64,000 bases of DNA from an uncultured delta proteobacterium (GTDB lineage Bacteria > Desulfobacterota > Binatia > Binatales > Binataceae): NCBI GenBank assembly GCA_963711565.1, contig CAVQEQ010000003.1:576001-640000 (forward strand), read 5' to 3'. Position numbers and translations under genes: made by a program. Under the pieces are notes generated by a model. The model was not told where the DNA came from and ran no database searches. It was given only the letters and a program-made list of their open reading frames with translations. Positions 1-9,624 of this stretch are shown piece by piece. The number at the start of each line of letters is the position of its first letter. The stretch's first letter is position 1.

Positions 1-173
1 CATCGTCTGTCAGAGTTCCCGCACAGCGCCCACTATGACGGGACACTTGCCGCGGTATCGATTCGTCCTTCACCGAATCTGTGGGTACTCGAGATTCAGA
101 TTCGACATCCGACGAAACCTATTGGCGGATTTTTCGAGGACCTGCTGCTCGAAGACAAAGATTATCTTTGAAA

Positions 174-210
174 CAGCGACGCTCCTGAAGATTCCCCAGG
201 AGCGTCGCTG
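174..210 (-). terminator. Probable intrinsic terminator downstream of the ALDH
   Basis: Perfect 14-bp inverted repeat CAGCGACGCTCCTG/CAGGAGCGTCGCTG about 20 bp past the stop at 232, with a short U-run on the minus strand. Confidence 0.7.
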
Positions 211-231
211 CTGAGTATTCGGTCGCGTGAG

Positions 232-1743
232 CTACAGCTTCACATATGCCGACTTGATTTGAGTGAACAGGTCGATCGCGTATTTGCCGTTCTCGCGGCC
301 GAAACCCGATTGCTTGTATCCGCCGAACGGCATCGAAGTGTCCGCGAGTCCGTAGCAATTGACCCACACCGTGCCGGCCTTGAGCGCCCGCGCAACCTTG
401 ATTGCGCGGCTGATGTCTTTGGTCCACACGGCGGCGGCGAGACCGTAGGTGGTATCGTTGCCCTGGAGGACCGCGTCGGTCTCGTCCTTGAAAGGAATCG
501 CGGCGGCCACGGGACCGAAGATCTCCTCGCGGGCGATCCGCATGCTGTTGTTCACGTCCGCGAACAGCGTCGGTTTGACGAAGTAGCCCTTGCCCTCGAT
601 AGCTTCGCCGCCGATCGTCGCGCGCGCGCCCTCCTTGCGTCCGAGTGCGAGGTAACCTTTCACGCGGTCGAACTGCTCCTTGGAAACCAGGGGGCCCAGT
701 CTCGTCTTCGGATCGAGTCCGTCGCCTACCGTCATCCGTTCGGCGGCCTTGCCGAATTGATCGAGAAAGTTGTCGTACATTTCCTGCTGCACGAAAATCC
801 TGGTGCCGGCGACGCAGACCTGTCCCGAATTGAAGAAGACCCCGCTCATCGCATTGGGAATTGCCTGGCTGAGATCGGCGTCGGGGAAAATGATATTGGG
901 CGACTTGCCGCCCAGCTCGAGCGAGACCCGCTTCAGATTGCTGGTCGAGGCAGCCAGGATCATTTTGCCGACCTCGGTCGATCCTGTGAAGCTGACCTTG
1001 TCGATATCCGGATGCTCGGAAATCGCGCTGCCCGCGCCGGGACCGAAGCCCGTCACGATATTGACGACGCCGTCAGGGATTCCGGCTTCCTGAATCAGCT
1101 CGCCGAGCCGAAGCGCGGTCAGAGGAGTCTGCTCGGCCGGTTTCAGGATCACTGTGTTGCCGCAGGCGAGCGCGGGGGCGATTTTCTGCGCGGCCATCAT
1201 CAAGGGGAAATTCCACGGCGTTATCAGACCGCAGACGCCGACCGGCTCGCGCAGCGTGAAGTTGAACGTTGAAGGATCGGAAGGATTTGTGTCGCCGTAA
1301 ATCTTGGTCAACCATCCCGCGAAATACCGGAAGATTCCGGCCGAGCCGTTAATGTCGATAGCCCGCGCCTGCGACAGGGGCTTGCCGTTGTCGAGCGTCT
1401 CGAGTTCCGCGAGTTCGTCCCCGTTTTGTTCGATCAGCTCCGCTATCTTGAGCAAGTAGCGGGTGCGCTGATGCGGCGTGATGGACGACCACTTGCCCTC
1501 CTCAAATGCTTTTCGCGCCGCCTTGACGGCCTCGTCAACGTCGGCCTTGTCGCCTTCCGCAATCAGCGCAAGGACTTGCTCATTCGCGGGATTGATCGTC
1601 TCGAAGGTCTTGCCCGATTTCGAGGGGACCCATTTCCCGCCTATCAGCAGTTTTTTCGGAGAACTGCTCAGAAATCCGATTGCGGCGCTGGACTTGGCTC
1701 CACGCGCTGCGCTTTCGACCGATGGTGTCGTTGCTGCACTCAT
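232..1743 (-). CDS. NAD(P)-dependent aldehyde dehydrogenase (paralog 1)
   Basis: 503 aa; PWNFP, FTGSTEVG, LELGGKSP (catalytic Glu), GQVC (catalytic Cys), EEIFGP; RBS GGAGG upstream. Confidence 0.97.
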   Translation of the reverse strand: MSAATTPSVESAARGAKSSAAIGFLSSSPKKLLIGGKWVPSKSGKTFETINPANEQVLALIAEGDKADVDEAVKAARKAFEEGKWSSITPHQRTRYLLKIAELIEQNGDELAELETLDNGKPLSQARAIDINGSAGIFRYFAGWLTKIYGDTNPSDPSTFNFTLREPVGVCGLITPWNFPLMMAAQKIAPALACGNTVILKPAEQTPLTALRLGELIQEAGIPDGVVNIVTGFGPGAGSAISEHPDIDKVSFTGSTEVGKMILAASTSNLKRVSLELGGKSPNIIFPDADLSQAIPNAMSGVFFNSGQVCVAGTRIFVQQEMYDNFLDQFGKAAERMTVGDGLDPKTRLGPLVSKEQFDRVKGYLALGRKEGARATIGGEAIEGKGYFVKPTLFADVNNSMRIAREEIFGPVAAAIPFKDETDAVLQGNDTTYGLAAAVWTKDISRAIKVARALKAGTVWVNCYGLADTSMPFGGYKQSGFGRENGKYAIDLFTQIKSAYVKL

Positions 1744-1769
1744 ATCTTTACCTCCATAAATCTCTCGAA

Positions 1770-2636
1770 TCAGAATGGAATGCGCGCGGTCAGAACTACG
1801 TTGTGGTTATAGGTGCGATGCATCGTCACCGCGACCTGCTCGCCGGCGCCGAACGTCAACCCGACCCGGTCATGAATCGGGATGCGCCCGATCACCATCC
1901 CCGGCGTCAGATAGAGCGTGCTGTGACCGGTGTCGGCGCCGTACGATTGCCAGGTGTAGTTGGTCTCGAACTCCGGCCAGAAATATTTGAAGAGCCGATA
2001 CTGAAACGTAGTATTCCACGCCAGCGGCATCCCGAGCCGGTCCAGGCCGCCGCTCGGAAACGCGACTCCCACGGTGGACTGCACATCAAAATCGCCGAAA
2101 CCCTTGCCGGCCGCGAGCGTCGGCGTGAAGATCCCGTGGCCGTTGCCGTTGACGTTCGATCCGGTCGGCACGCTGAATCCCATGAAGGCGGTCACGATGT
2201 AGTTGCCGTTCTCTTCGTTAGCAGAGAGCAGCCGGTATTTGATCAGAAACGGCCAGTCGGCGAAGCCGTCGGTGTTGCGCGGGATGTTGCGCTTCAGGAA
2301 CCCCGGTATCCCGACTATGACTTCCGTATTTTGAAACGGGATAAGCTCGATTCCCTTGCCGGCGCCGAAGTTGTCGGTCGCGACCCCGTCGCGCATCGAC
2401 TCGAAGAACTGGTCGTAGCGCACTTCTTCTTCGAGCCGCGGCGTGACCGTCACCAGCGGAGTAATCCAGTGCGGTTGCTCGCTCTGGATTTGAGTGACAC
2501 GCGGGAACCAGTTTGTGAAGTAGTCCTCGATTGCGGTCCCGAAGTCCGAGACGCTCTGTGCGCGGCACGGCGCCGCGGCGAAAAGAATAACCACAGTCAT
2601 ACTCAACCCAATGGCTCGTAGATGTCTCGTCACCAT
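1770..2636 (-). CDS. Putative outer-membrane beta-barrel channel (transporter-like)
   Basis: 288 aa; signal peptide, amphipathic aromatic-rich beta strands, C-terminal Phe (ARIPF); RBS GGAGG. Confidence 0.65.
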   Translation of the reverse strand: MVTRHLRAIGLSMTVVILFAAAPCRAQSVSDFGTAIEDYFTNWFPRVTQIQSEQPHWITPLVTVTPRLEEEVRYDQFFESMRDGVATDNFGAGKGIELIPFQNTEVIVGIPGFLKRNIPRNTDGFADWPFLIKYRLLSANEENGNYIVTAFMGFSVPTGSNVNGNGHGIFTPTLAAGKGFGDFDVQSTVGVAFPSGGLDRLGMPLAWNTTFQYRLFKYFWPEFETNYTWQSYGADTGHSTLYLTPGMVIGRIPIHDRVGLTFGAGEQVAVTMHRTYNHNVVLTARIPF

Positions 2637-2694
2637 TCGTCCTCCAGAAAAAGCGTGCGTTGCTTTCCGACGATCCCGCCACGCCTGTCCGCCG

Positions 2695-4200
2695 TTAGAG
2701 CTTCACGTACACGGACTTGATTTGCGTATAGAGATCGAGTGAATGAACCCCCAATTCGCGGCCGAACCCTGATTGCTTGTATCCGCCGAACGGCGAGATC
2801 GGATCAGAGCCGCCGTAGGTATTGATCCAGACCGTACCCGCCTTCAATGCGCGCGCGACCTTAAGCGCGCGACTGACGTCGCGGGTCCATACGGCAGCCG
2901 CGAGACCGTAGGTGGTATCGTTGCCCTGCAGGATCGCATCGTTCTCGTCTTTGAACGCGATAGCGGCGCCGACCGGGCCGAAGATCTCCTCCCGGGCTAT
3001 GCGCATCTGATTGTGAACTCCGGCGAAGATCGTCGGCCTCACGAAATAGCCGGCGCCGGGGACTGCTTCGCCGCCGGTGGCTACCTTCGCGCCTTCACCT
3101 TTCCCAATTTCCAGATAGCTCTTGACCCGATCGAACTGTTCCCTCGAGACGACCGGGCCGAGCCGGGTCTTCTCGTCAAGCGGATCGCCCACGGTCATCT
3201 TTTCGCTCTGCTCGATCAGCCGTTCGACGAATTCGTCATAGACCGGTTGCTCGATAAAGATTCGCGTCCCCGCTGTGCAGACCTGGCCGGAGTTGAAGAA
3301 CACGCCCCGGGTCGCGGACTGAACGGCGGCCTCGAGATCGGAATCGCGAAAAATAATGTTCGGCGACTTGCCGCCAAGCTCGAGCGACACGCGCTTGAGA
3401 TTTCCCGCCGACGCCTGAAGAATCAGCTTGCCCACTTCGGTCGAGCCCGTGAATGCGACCTTGTCTACGTCGGGATGTTCCGCGATTGAGCTGCCGGCGC
3501 CCGGTCCAAAGCCGGTTATGATGTTAACGACGCCGTCAGGGACGCCCGCTTCCTGGATCAACTCGCCGAGCCGGATTGCGCTGAGCGGCGTCTGCTCCGC
3601 GGGCTTAAGCACGATCGTATTGCCACAGGCCAACGCCGGCGCGACCTTCCATGAGGCCATCGAGAGCGGAAAGTTCCAGGGAATTATTTGTCCGCAAACC
3701 CCAACCGGTTCGCGGATCGTGTAGTTGAACGTCGATGGGTCGGACGGGTTCGTCTCCCCATAGATTTTCGTAGGCCATCCCGCGTAGTAGCGAAAAGTTC
3801 TGGCGGCGCCGGGAATATCAGCCAGCTTGGCGATCGCCAGCGGTTTGCCATTGTCGAGCGATTCAAGTTCGGCGAGCTGGTCGGCGTTCTGCTCGATGAG
3901 GTCGGCGATTTTGTACAAGTAGCGCGAACGCTGATGGGGCGTGATCGAAGACCACTTGCTCTCGTCGAAGGCCCTGCGCGCAGATGTTACCGCCGCGTCA
4001 ACGTCCGCCTTGTCGCCTTCCGCAATCAGGGCCAAGATCTCTTCGTTGGCGGGATTGATTGACTCGAAAGTCTTGCCCGATTTGGCCGCGACCCACTGGC
4101 CGTTAATCAGCAGCTTCTTGGGCGAGTCCCTGAGAAAATTAATCGTCGCCCGCGTTTTTATTCCCGCTACGGCTCTTTCAAGCGATGGAACCGCTGCCAT
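2695..4200 (-). CDS. NAD(P)-dependent aldehyde dehydrogenase (paralog 2)
   Basis: 501 aa; same ALDH motifs (PWNFP, FTGST, ELGGKSP, GQVCTAG, EEIFGP). Confidence 0.97.
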   Translation of the reverse strand: MAAVPSLERAVAGIKTRATINFLRDSPKKLLINGQWVAAKSGKTFESINPANEEILALIAEGDKADVDAAVTSARRAFDESKWSSITPHQRSRYLYKIADLIEQNADQLAELESLDNGKPLAIAKLADIPGAARTFRYYAGWPTKIYGETNPSDPSTFNYTIREPVGVCGQIIPWNFPLSMASWKVAPALACGNTIVLKPAEQTPLSAIRLGELIQEAGVPDGVVNIITGFGPGAGSSIAEHPDVDKVAFTGSTEVGKLILQASAGNLKRVSLELGGKSPNIIFRDSDLEAAVQSATRGVFFNSGQVCTAGTRIFIEQPVYDEFVERLIEQSEKMTVGDPLDEKTRLGPVVSREQFDRVKSYLEIGKGEGAKVATGGEAVPGAGYFVRPTIFAGVHNQMRIAREEIFGPVGAAIAFKDENDAILQGNDTTYGLAAAVWTRDVSRALKVARALKAGTVWINTYGGSDPISPFGGYKQSGFGRELGVHSLDLYTQIKSVYVKL

Positions 4201-4338
4201 TATCCCGGACCCCCTTTATCCTGATAGTCGGCGGCCTCTTCGCTGACAGGGAGAACCTGTGCGATGAATGTGGTACAAATCGCGCGCGGCGCCATGGACG
4301 AGATAAAATGCCTTCTCATAGCTACTGATTGCATGCCA

Positions 4339-4357
4339 TGTTAAGAGCGGATTGACA
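4339..4357. promoter_or_regulatory. Candidate operator palindrome TGTTAA-N7-TTGACA
   Basis: One-mismatch inverted repeat immediately upstream of the regulator ATG (4364), in the divergent ALDH/regulator gap. Confidence 0.4.
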
Positions 4358-4363
4358 AGTATT

Positions 4364-5482
4364 ATGGCATTGATTGGCAACGCCATTGAGCGCGCGCGAA
4401 CCGAGCGGAACCTCACGCAGACCGAGCTCGCCCGCCGCGCGGGAATCTCGCGGCAGGCGCTGGGCGCGATCGAATCGGGCGCTTACCATCCGGGCGTGGC
4501 TATCGCGATCCGCCTCGCGCACGAACTCGACGCCACCGTGGAAGCTCTATTCGGCGAACCCGACGCCGAGACCTCAACTCTCGTCGAGGCGCGATGGTTC
4601 GACGACGCTCGACGCCCTGCCCCCGCCCAGACTCGCGTTGCGCTCGCGCGTGTCGGCGGGAAAGTCGTGGCCGTCGCACAACCTGTCGCCCATCTCACGC
4701 TGGCGACCGCGGCCGGCGTAGTGCAACGCGCCCGGCGGCATCGCGTCAACGTCTGCACCTTTCGACTGCCCAACGAAATCGACTCGACGCTGTTGATGTC
4801 GGGATGCGACCCTGCCGTTACGATCCTCGTTGACTGGCTCGCGCGACGCCGCTCCCACGTTCACGCGGTCGCGATTCCGTGCTCGAGCCGGGCAGCGCTG
4901 CGGGCCGTCGTCGATGGCCGCGCGCACGTCGCCGGCGTGCATCTTCGTGATCAGAGGAGCGGCGAGTACAACCTCGCGCCAATCCGCCGCACCCTGGGTG
5001 ACCGGCACTCCGTGGTCGTGAACTTTGCGCGGTGGGAATTGGGCCTTGCGACGGCGCCCGGCAATCCGCTGGCAATCGATGGGTTCGCCGACCTGCAGAG
5101 ACCGGGCTTAAGAATTGTGAACCGAGAAGACGGATCCGGGGCACGCTCGGCGCTCGACCAGGCGCTGCGCGAACTCGGTATTAAGCCGGAGCGCGTCGCC
5201 GGGCATCACTTCGAAGTCGGCGGTCATCTCGAAGTTGCGGCCGCGATCGCGACCGGGCAGGCTGACGCCGGAGTCACTATCCGGCTCGGTGCCGACGCCT
5301 ACGGATTGCATTTTATTCCGCATCGCGACGAGCGCTACGACCTCGTGTTCATGGAGCACGAGGCCGAGTCGATGCCGATCAAGGCGATGCTCGACGCTCT
5401 GAACTCGCGGCGCTTTGCACGCGAGATCAGCCAGCTATGCGGCTACGACACCGCGCAGATGGGACAAGTTATCCACTCTTGA
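4364..5482 (+). CDS. XRE-type HTH transcriptional regulator with C-terminal PBP-like (molybdate/tungstate-binding type) domain
   Basis: N-terminal LTQTELARRAGISRQALGAIESG HTH; C-terminal GCDPA, AGVHL, VNREDGSGAR, HLEVAAAI, ERYDL typical of PBP_like; ATG 4364 preferred over TTG 4352. Confidence 0.85.
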   Translation: MALIGNAIERARTERNLTQTELARRAGISRQALGAIESGAYHPGVAIAIRLAHELDATVEALFGEPDAETSTLVEARWFDDARRPAPAQTRVALARVGGKVVAVAQPVAHLTLATAAGVVQRARRHRVNVCTFRLPNEIDSTLLMSGCDPAVTILVDWLARRRSHVHAVAIPCSSRAALRAVVDGRAHVAGVHLRDQRSGEYNLAPIRRTLGDRHSVVVNFARWELGLATAPGNPLAIDGFADLQRPGLRIVNREDGSGARSALDQALRELGIKPERVAGHHFEVGGHLEVAAAIATGQADAGVTIRLGADAYGLHFIPHRDERYDLVFMEHEAESMPIKAMLDALNSRRFAREISQLCGYDTAQMGQVIHS

Positions 5483-5560
5483 TCCGTTCTGTTCCCCTCG
5501 CCTGAAAAGAGATCCCTTCTGTTCCCCTCTCCTGAAGGGAGAGGGGTTAGGGGAGAGGTT
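5481..5560. repeat. REP-like palindromic element with a 30-bp tandem partial duplication
   Basis: gatccgttctgttcccctcgcctgaaaaga / gatcccttctgttcccctctcctgaaggga in tandem; hairpin CCCCTCTCC-N5-GGAGAGGGG followed by TTAGGG. Confidence 0.65.
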
Positions 5561-5755
5561 CCAGCGTAAGAATTCGCGCGCTCGTAACATTCGACTCATC
5601 ATGTCGTAACGACGCCTCTCTAGTTTGCCCGTGCCGCGGAGGGAGGACGCCGATTTCGTGCACTCAACAGTCGTTGGCGTCTTAGCACGCTCTCGCTGAG
5701 AACGTTTCGCCCGCGAGAGTTTTCGCATCGTGGATAGGAGAGTCCAGGGAGGACA

Positions 5756-7441
5756 ATGATGAGACGAACGATACGAATGGTCGCGCTATCGATGTTGGGC
5801 GCGGTGCTGATGCTCAGCGCCGTCGCGATGACACCAAGGCTTGCGGGGATCGCAGAGGCACAGTCGATCATGCTGTACAGCGATCCCGCCACCGGGCAGG
5901 TGTACACCAAGCGATGCAAGCGCTGCGTCAGGCTCGGCGAGTATGTCCCGGCCGGCTCGACCGAAGAGATCGAGCGCAAGGTCGAGATAAAGACCCAGCA
6001 GCAGCTCGATCAGGAGCGCGCTGCCATGCAGGCTGAGGAAGCGCAGCGGCAGGCGCAACAGCAGCAGTGGAACGCCGAGATGGCCAAGGAGGTCTCGACG
6101 ATTCAGCCGTGGGCTACGGAGTTCGGCGATCGCTGGTATAAGAAGATCTCGGTCGGCACCCTGGTCTATGCATACTACGGGTTCTGGTCGCACACCGGGT
6201 TTGGTCCGCAGTTCATGGACGCCAACATGCAATGGCCCGGCCCTGGCAACAACTCCTTCAACGAATTCGCGATCAACCGGACCTACCTGGACTTCAAGTT
6301 CACGCCGATCGACAACGTCTCGATGCGGATCACGCCCGACATGTACGCGATGGTTAACACCGGGACTACCTGCACCGCGACCTCGCCGACAAAGTGCACA
6401 GCGAGCAGCGGCGACAAGGTCGGCACCAACACCGGATGGGCCCAGACGGACGATGGGAACCTTGGTCTGCGTCTGAAATACGCCTATCTCGACTACAACA
6501 CTTTCTTTCAAAAGGTGTTGAAGATCGCTGCGATGCACGACGATAAGTTCACCTTCGGCCAGCAGCAGAATCCGCTCGTCGATTGGGAAGAAAATCTGTG
6601 GGGCTTCCGTTATACCGCGCTGACCCCGTGGAACTATCTGAGCTTGAGCTCGGCACAGGTCGGCGCCGCGATGAAGGGACCGATCAAATTTAACGAGACC
6701 CAGTACGCTGACTACGATTTCGGCGTCTACGACGACGCCAGCTACCACGCCCTCGAGCAGAGCGCCTACAAGCAGGTGATGGGCCGCGTAACGGTCAATC
6801 CATTCGGCGCCACCTCACGTTACGACAGCCTTGGTCTCACCGGCTTCTATGACTACGGCTACTCGCAGAAGTGCACGCCTGACGAGAATGAACTGACCGG
6901 CAACAACGGCACCTGCGGACATCTCGCGCGCGCTGCGGGGTTAGTACACTACACGGCCGAACACTGGGGTGTAATCGGCGAGTGGGATTACGGCCACAAT
7001 GCTTTCAGCAGTTCCAACCTGTACTCGGGCAGCGGTCCGGCAGATGCAATCGGTATCGCCACCACGGGCCCCAGCAGCTTTACCGCCTGGAACAAGATGG
7101 TCGGCGGAATTCTGAACTCTCAAGCGGTGCAGGAGGGCGCAGACTTGCTGGGGCACTACGATATCCCGCATACCCCGTTCACGCTCTTCGGCCTGCTCCA
7201 GTGGTTCCAGCCTAACACACGCATCCAGAAGGACCCCCTCGACTTCACGCGCTACGATCTGGGCGTGCAATGGCTGATCAACCGGTATCTGCGCGTGTCG
7301 TTCGACTCGCAGGCCATCCAGTACTACCACAGCCAGTTCACGTTCGAGGGCGGGCAATTGGGCAAGAAGTCGGTGGATGTTCCGTTTGCCGTGCCCCGCG
7401 ACACGCACGCATTCTTCCTGCACCTGGAATTCAGATACTAG
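5756..7441 (+). CDS. Outer-membrane porin-like protein with N-terminal coiled coil
   Basis: Signal peptide, Gln/Glu-rich coiled coil, beta-barrel body (LKYAYLDY, FTFGQ), C-terminal LEFRY; RBS GGAGG. Confidence 0.7.
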   Translation: MMRRTIRMVALSMLGAVLMLSAVAMTPRLAGIAEAQSIMLYSDPATGQVYTKRCKRCVRLGEYVPAGSTEEIERKVEIKTQQQLDQERAAMQAEEAQRQAQQQQWNAEMAKEVSTIQPWATEFGDRWYKKISVGTLVYAYYGFWSHTGFGPQFMDANMQWPGPGNNSFNEFAINRTYLDFKFTPIDNVSMRITPDMYAMVNTGTTCTATSPTKCTASSGDKVGTNTGWAQTDDGNLGLRLKYAYLDYNTFFQKVLKIAAMHDDKFTFGQQQNPLVDWEENLWGFRYTALTPWNYLSLSSAQVGAAMKGPIKFNETQYADYDFGVYDDASYHALEQSAYKQVMGRVTVNPFGATSRYDSLGLTGFYDYGYSQKCTPDENELTGNNGTCGHLARAAGLVHYTAEHWGVIGEWDYGHNAFSSSNLYSGSGPADAIGIATTGPSSFTAWNKMVGGILNSQAVQEGADLLGHYDIPHTPFTLFGLLQWFQPNTRIQKDPLDFTRYDLGVQWLINRYLRVSFDSQAIQYYHSQFTFEGGQLGKKSVDVPFAVPRDTHAFFLHLEFRY

Positions 7442-7456
7442 CTACGAATCGGTACC

Positions 7457-7499
7457 GCCGGCGCGAGCATGCAAAATGCTCGCGCCGGCTTTTGTTTTT
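7457..7499 (+). terminator. Intrinsic terminator
   Basis: GCCGGCGCGAGCAT-gcaaa-ATGCTCGCGCCGGC followed by TTTTGTTTTT. Confidence 0.9.
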
Positions 7500-7526
7500 G
7501 GCGGTCTGCTGATCAATCCCGGAGAA

Positions 7527-7829
7527 TCAATAATCCGTATCGACCCGCTTCAAGGCTTGAGCGAGCTCGTCGGGCGAAACCTGCTCGCCCGCTGAGATCC
7601 TCGCTATCAGTTGCCGGTCTTGCTTCTCCTGAACGTAGTAGTCTTGCTCGGTCACAGGCTCTTGCGTCCAGAACTTCGCCTTAAATTCGTCCATTTGCTC
7701 ATGTCTCTGGAGCTGGTGGACGATCGTCGCGCTGTCCGGATTTGGAGCGCTCGATTGAGCGAGTGCGACGGCAGGAACGGCGAGACCAACGGCGAAGGCG
7801 ATGATTCCCAAACACCTGGAGTTCATCAT
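7527..7829 (-). CDS. Small secreted hypothetical protein
   Basis: 100 aa; signal peptide ending ALA-Q; RBS GGAGG; AT-rich upstream region. Confidence 0.7.
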   Translation of the reverse strand: MMNSRCLGIIAFAVGLAVPAVALAQSSAPNPDSATIVHQLQRHEQMDEFKAKFWTQEPVTEQDYYVQEKQDRQLIARISAGEQVSPDELAQALKRVDTDY

Positions 7830-8002
7830 GTCACACCTCCGTAATAATCTATTAACATTTTATTAATATACGGTCCCCTCGTCAAGATAAATCGGCTTTC
7901 GCCGAGCCGATCGTGTCTGGTCGAGATGAAGCGTGCTTTTGCGACAGTCGATCTGCCGCTCCGAATTGGGCGGACCGAAAATGAAGGCTAAGGTCTTAGC
8001 CG

Positions 8003-8977
8003 TCACACTTGGGAGACCGTATAGGCCACCTGGCTGCCGTCGAAGTATGGCTTGTAGTAGGTCGATCCAAATACGTAGTAAGTCATGTCGTTGAACGTGG
8101 TCGCGTAGGCGCCGTTCGGCAGAGTATAGACGTTAGCTCCTATCGGTGGACTTACAATCTGATAGCCGGATCCATTTTGCTGATAGAAGGTCCCATTCGA
8201 ATAGAAGAAGGTGACGCCGTAGGCGTAGGTCGTCGCCGCACCCGGCGGCAAATAAGGAACCGTCGCACCTATAGGAGGTGCAACCACGGCATATTGACCG
8301 CCGCTCGGCGCTACGAAGTTACCGTTGGAATAGTAGTAAGGAGTCCCGTTATTGATGATAGTCGTCGATGATGCCGGCGGCTGCGCCATGCTCGAACCTA
8401 TCATCATACCTGCGGCCAGACCTCCTACGGCACCGAGCGCAGCGGCGCCGGCAACGTCACCCGAACTATATCCCCCTCCGCCGCAGCAGTAAGGATTGCC
8501 GCCGCCTCCGTAATAATTGTTGGAGTTGTTTTGGTTCACGGTGTCGATCGTGTTGTCGTTCTCCGTGTTCATCTTTTTTTCGGTCTTTTCATTGTTCTGC
8601 TGAAGGGTATTAACTTCGTTGTACTGGGCCTGCTTTTGCGCCGTCTGATTCGCGTTGTAGGTGTTGTAGTCCGCCTGCTTGGTCGATGAGGAAGTGTTCT
8701 GCCATGTGCTCGAAGAATGGTTCTCTGACTGGCCGCCCGAGGAATAGTTATCGGAGTGGCTGAAGTTGCCACCGCCAAAACCGTCGCCGCCATGACCGCC
8801 CCATCCGCCGCCTCCTCCGCCGCCACGTCCGCCAAATCCGCCACCGCCACGACCGCCATAGCCGCCGCCACTCCATCTGGCCAAGGCTGGCGGAGCAGTC
8901 AGCAAGGCAACTCCGGCTATCGCGACGGCCATTTGAAGCGCGCGCCTGCCGCCAGTCGAAGGATTTGATTTTTTCAT
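8003..8977 (-). CDS. Secreted Gly-rich/Asn-rich protein with Tyr/Pro-rich C-terminal repeats (DUF6515-like)
   Basis: ATG 8977 with GGAGGAG RBS; signal peptide; RGGGG tract; repeated YYxxGxFY...YxVVxPPIGA units. Confidence 0.7.
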   Translation of the reverse strand: MKKSNPSTGGRRALQMAVAIAGVALLTAPPALARWSGGGYGGRGGGGFGGRGGGGGGGWGGHGGDGFGGGNFSHSDNYSSGGQSENHSSSTWQNTSSSTKQADYNTYNANQTAQKQAQYNEVNTLQQNNEKTEKKMNTENDNTIDTVNQNNSNNYYGGGGNPYCCGGGGYSSGDVAGAAALGAVGGLAAGMMIGSSMAQPPASSTTIINNGTPYYYSNGNFVAPSGGQYAVVAPPIGATVPYLPPGAATTYAYGVTFFYSNGTFYQQNGSGYQIVSPPIGANVYTLPNGAYATTFNDMTYYVFGSTYYKPYFDGSQVAYTVSQV

Positions 8978-9110
8978 GGCCTGGTCTCCTCCATGCTCAA
9001 CGCTCCCAGTCCTAACGCTTGATCGATTACCGGGCAAGATGCCCGAATGATATTGTCCTTTGGTACAATACGAGGTGCGAAATAGGCCGCGACCCGCACT
9101 CAGGAAGCGC

Positions 9111-9497
9111 TCAGCGCGTGAGGCGGCGCCGAGACGAAGCGAGAAACAACCGCATCGGCAACACCTCGCGCGTCACCGGATTCACCATCAGGCCTAGACT
9201 CTCCAGGGTCAGCGCTCCGAGCAGAGGAGTGACGTTCAGCGGGCCGAATACGACCTTCGAGGTCCCGCGCCGCCCGCCGAGTTCGAAGAACGCCTCGCCA
9301 ACGTCGTAAGCGCGATGCGTCCCGTCGGCGAGCGTGAACTCTTCGCGATCAAGCTTCTCGAGCGCGAGCTTCTTGGCTATCGACCCCGGTAGAACGCTAT
9401 AGAGTGCGCCGGTATCGATCAGAAACTCGATCTCGACAGTCTGCCCACGCGGCCGGCGCGGGTTTGAGACTTTGGCGTTCGTTAATGTTATTCCCAT
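9111..9497 (-). CDS. Clan AA (retropepsin-like) aspartic protease
   Basis: 128 aa; FLIDTGA catalytic motif, TLADG flap, LLGALTLESLGL. Confidence 0.85.
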   Translation of the reverse strand: MGITLTNAKVSNPRRPRGQTVEIEFLIDTGALYSVLPGSIAKKLALEKLDREEFTLADGTHRAYDVGEAFFELGGRRGTSKVVFGPLNVTPLLGALTLESLGLMVNPVTREVLPMRLFLASSRRRLTR

Positions 9498-9516
9498 TCC
9501 GTCTTCGCACTGTCTT

Positions 9517-9592
<76 letters not shown>

Positions 9593-9624
9593 ACCGTCGA
9601 AGCACGTTTGCGTAGCAGGATGTT

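Noticed and set aside
5620-5755. Moco/tungsten riboswitch upstream of the porin
   Set aside because: Hairpins are present but I could not match the conserved motif; kept only as an unexplained structured leader
5500-9516. Genomic island integrated at tRNA-Lys
   Set aside because: No integrase or transposase and no duplicated tRNA 3' end seen in the window
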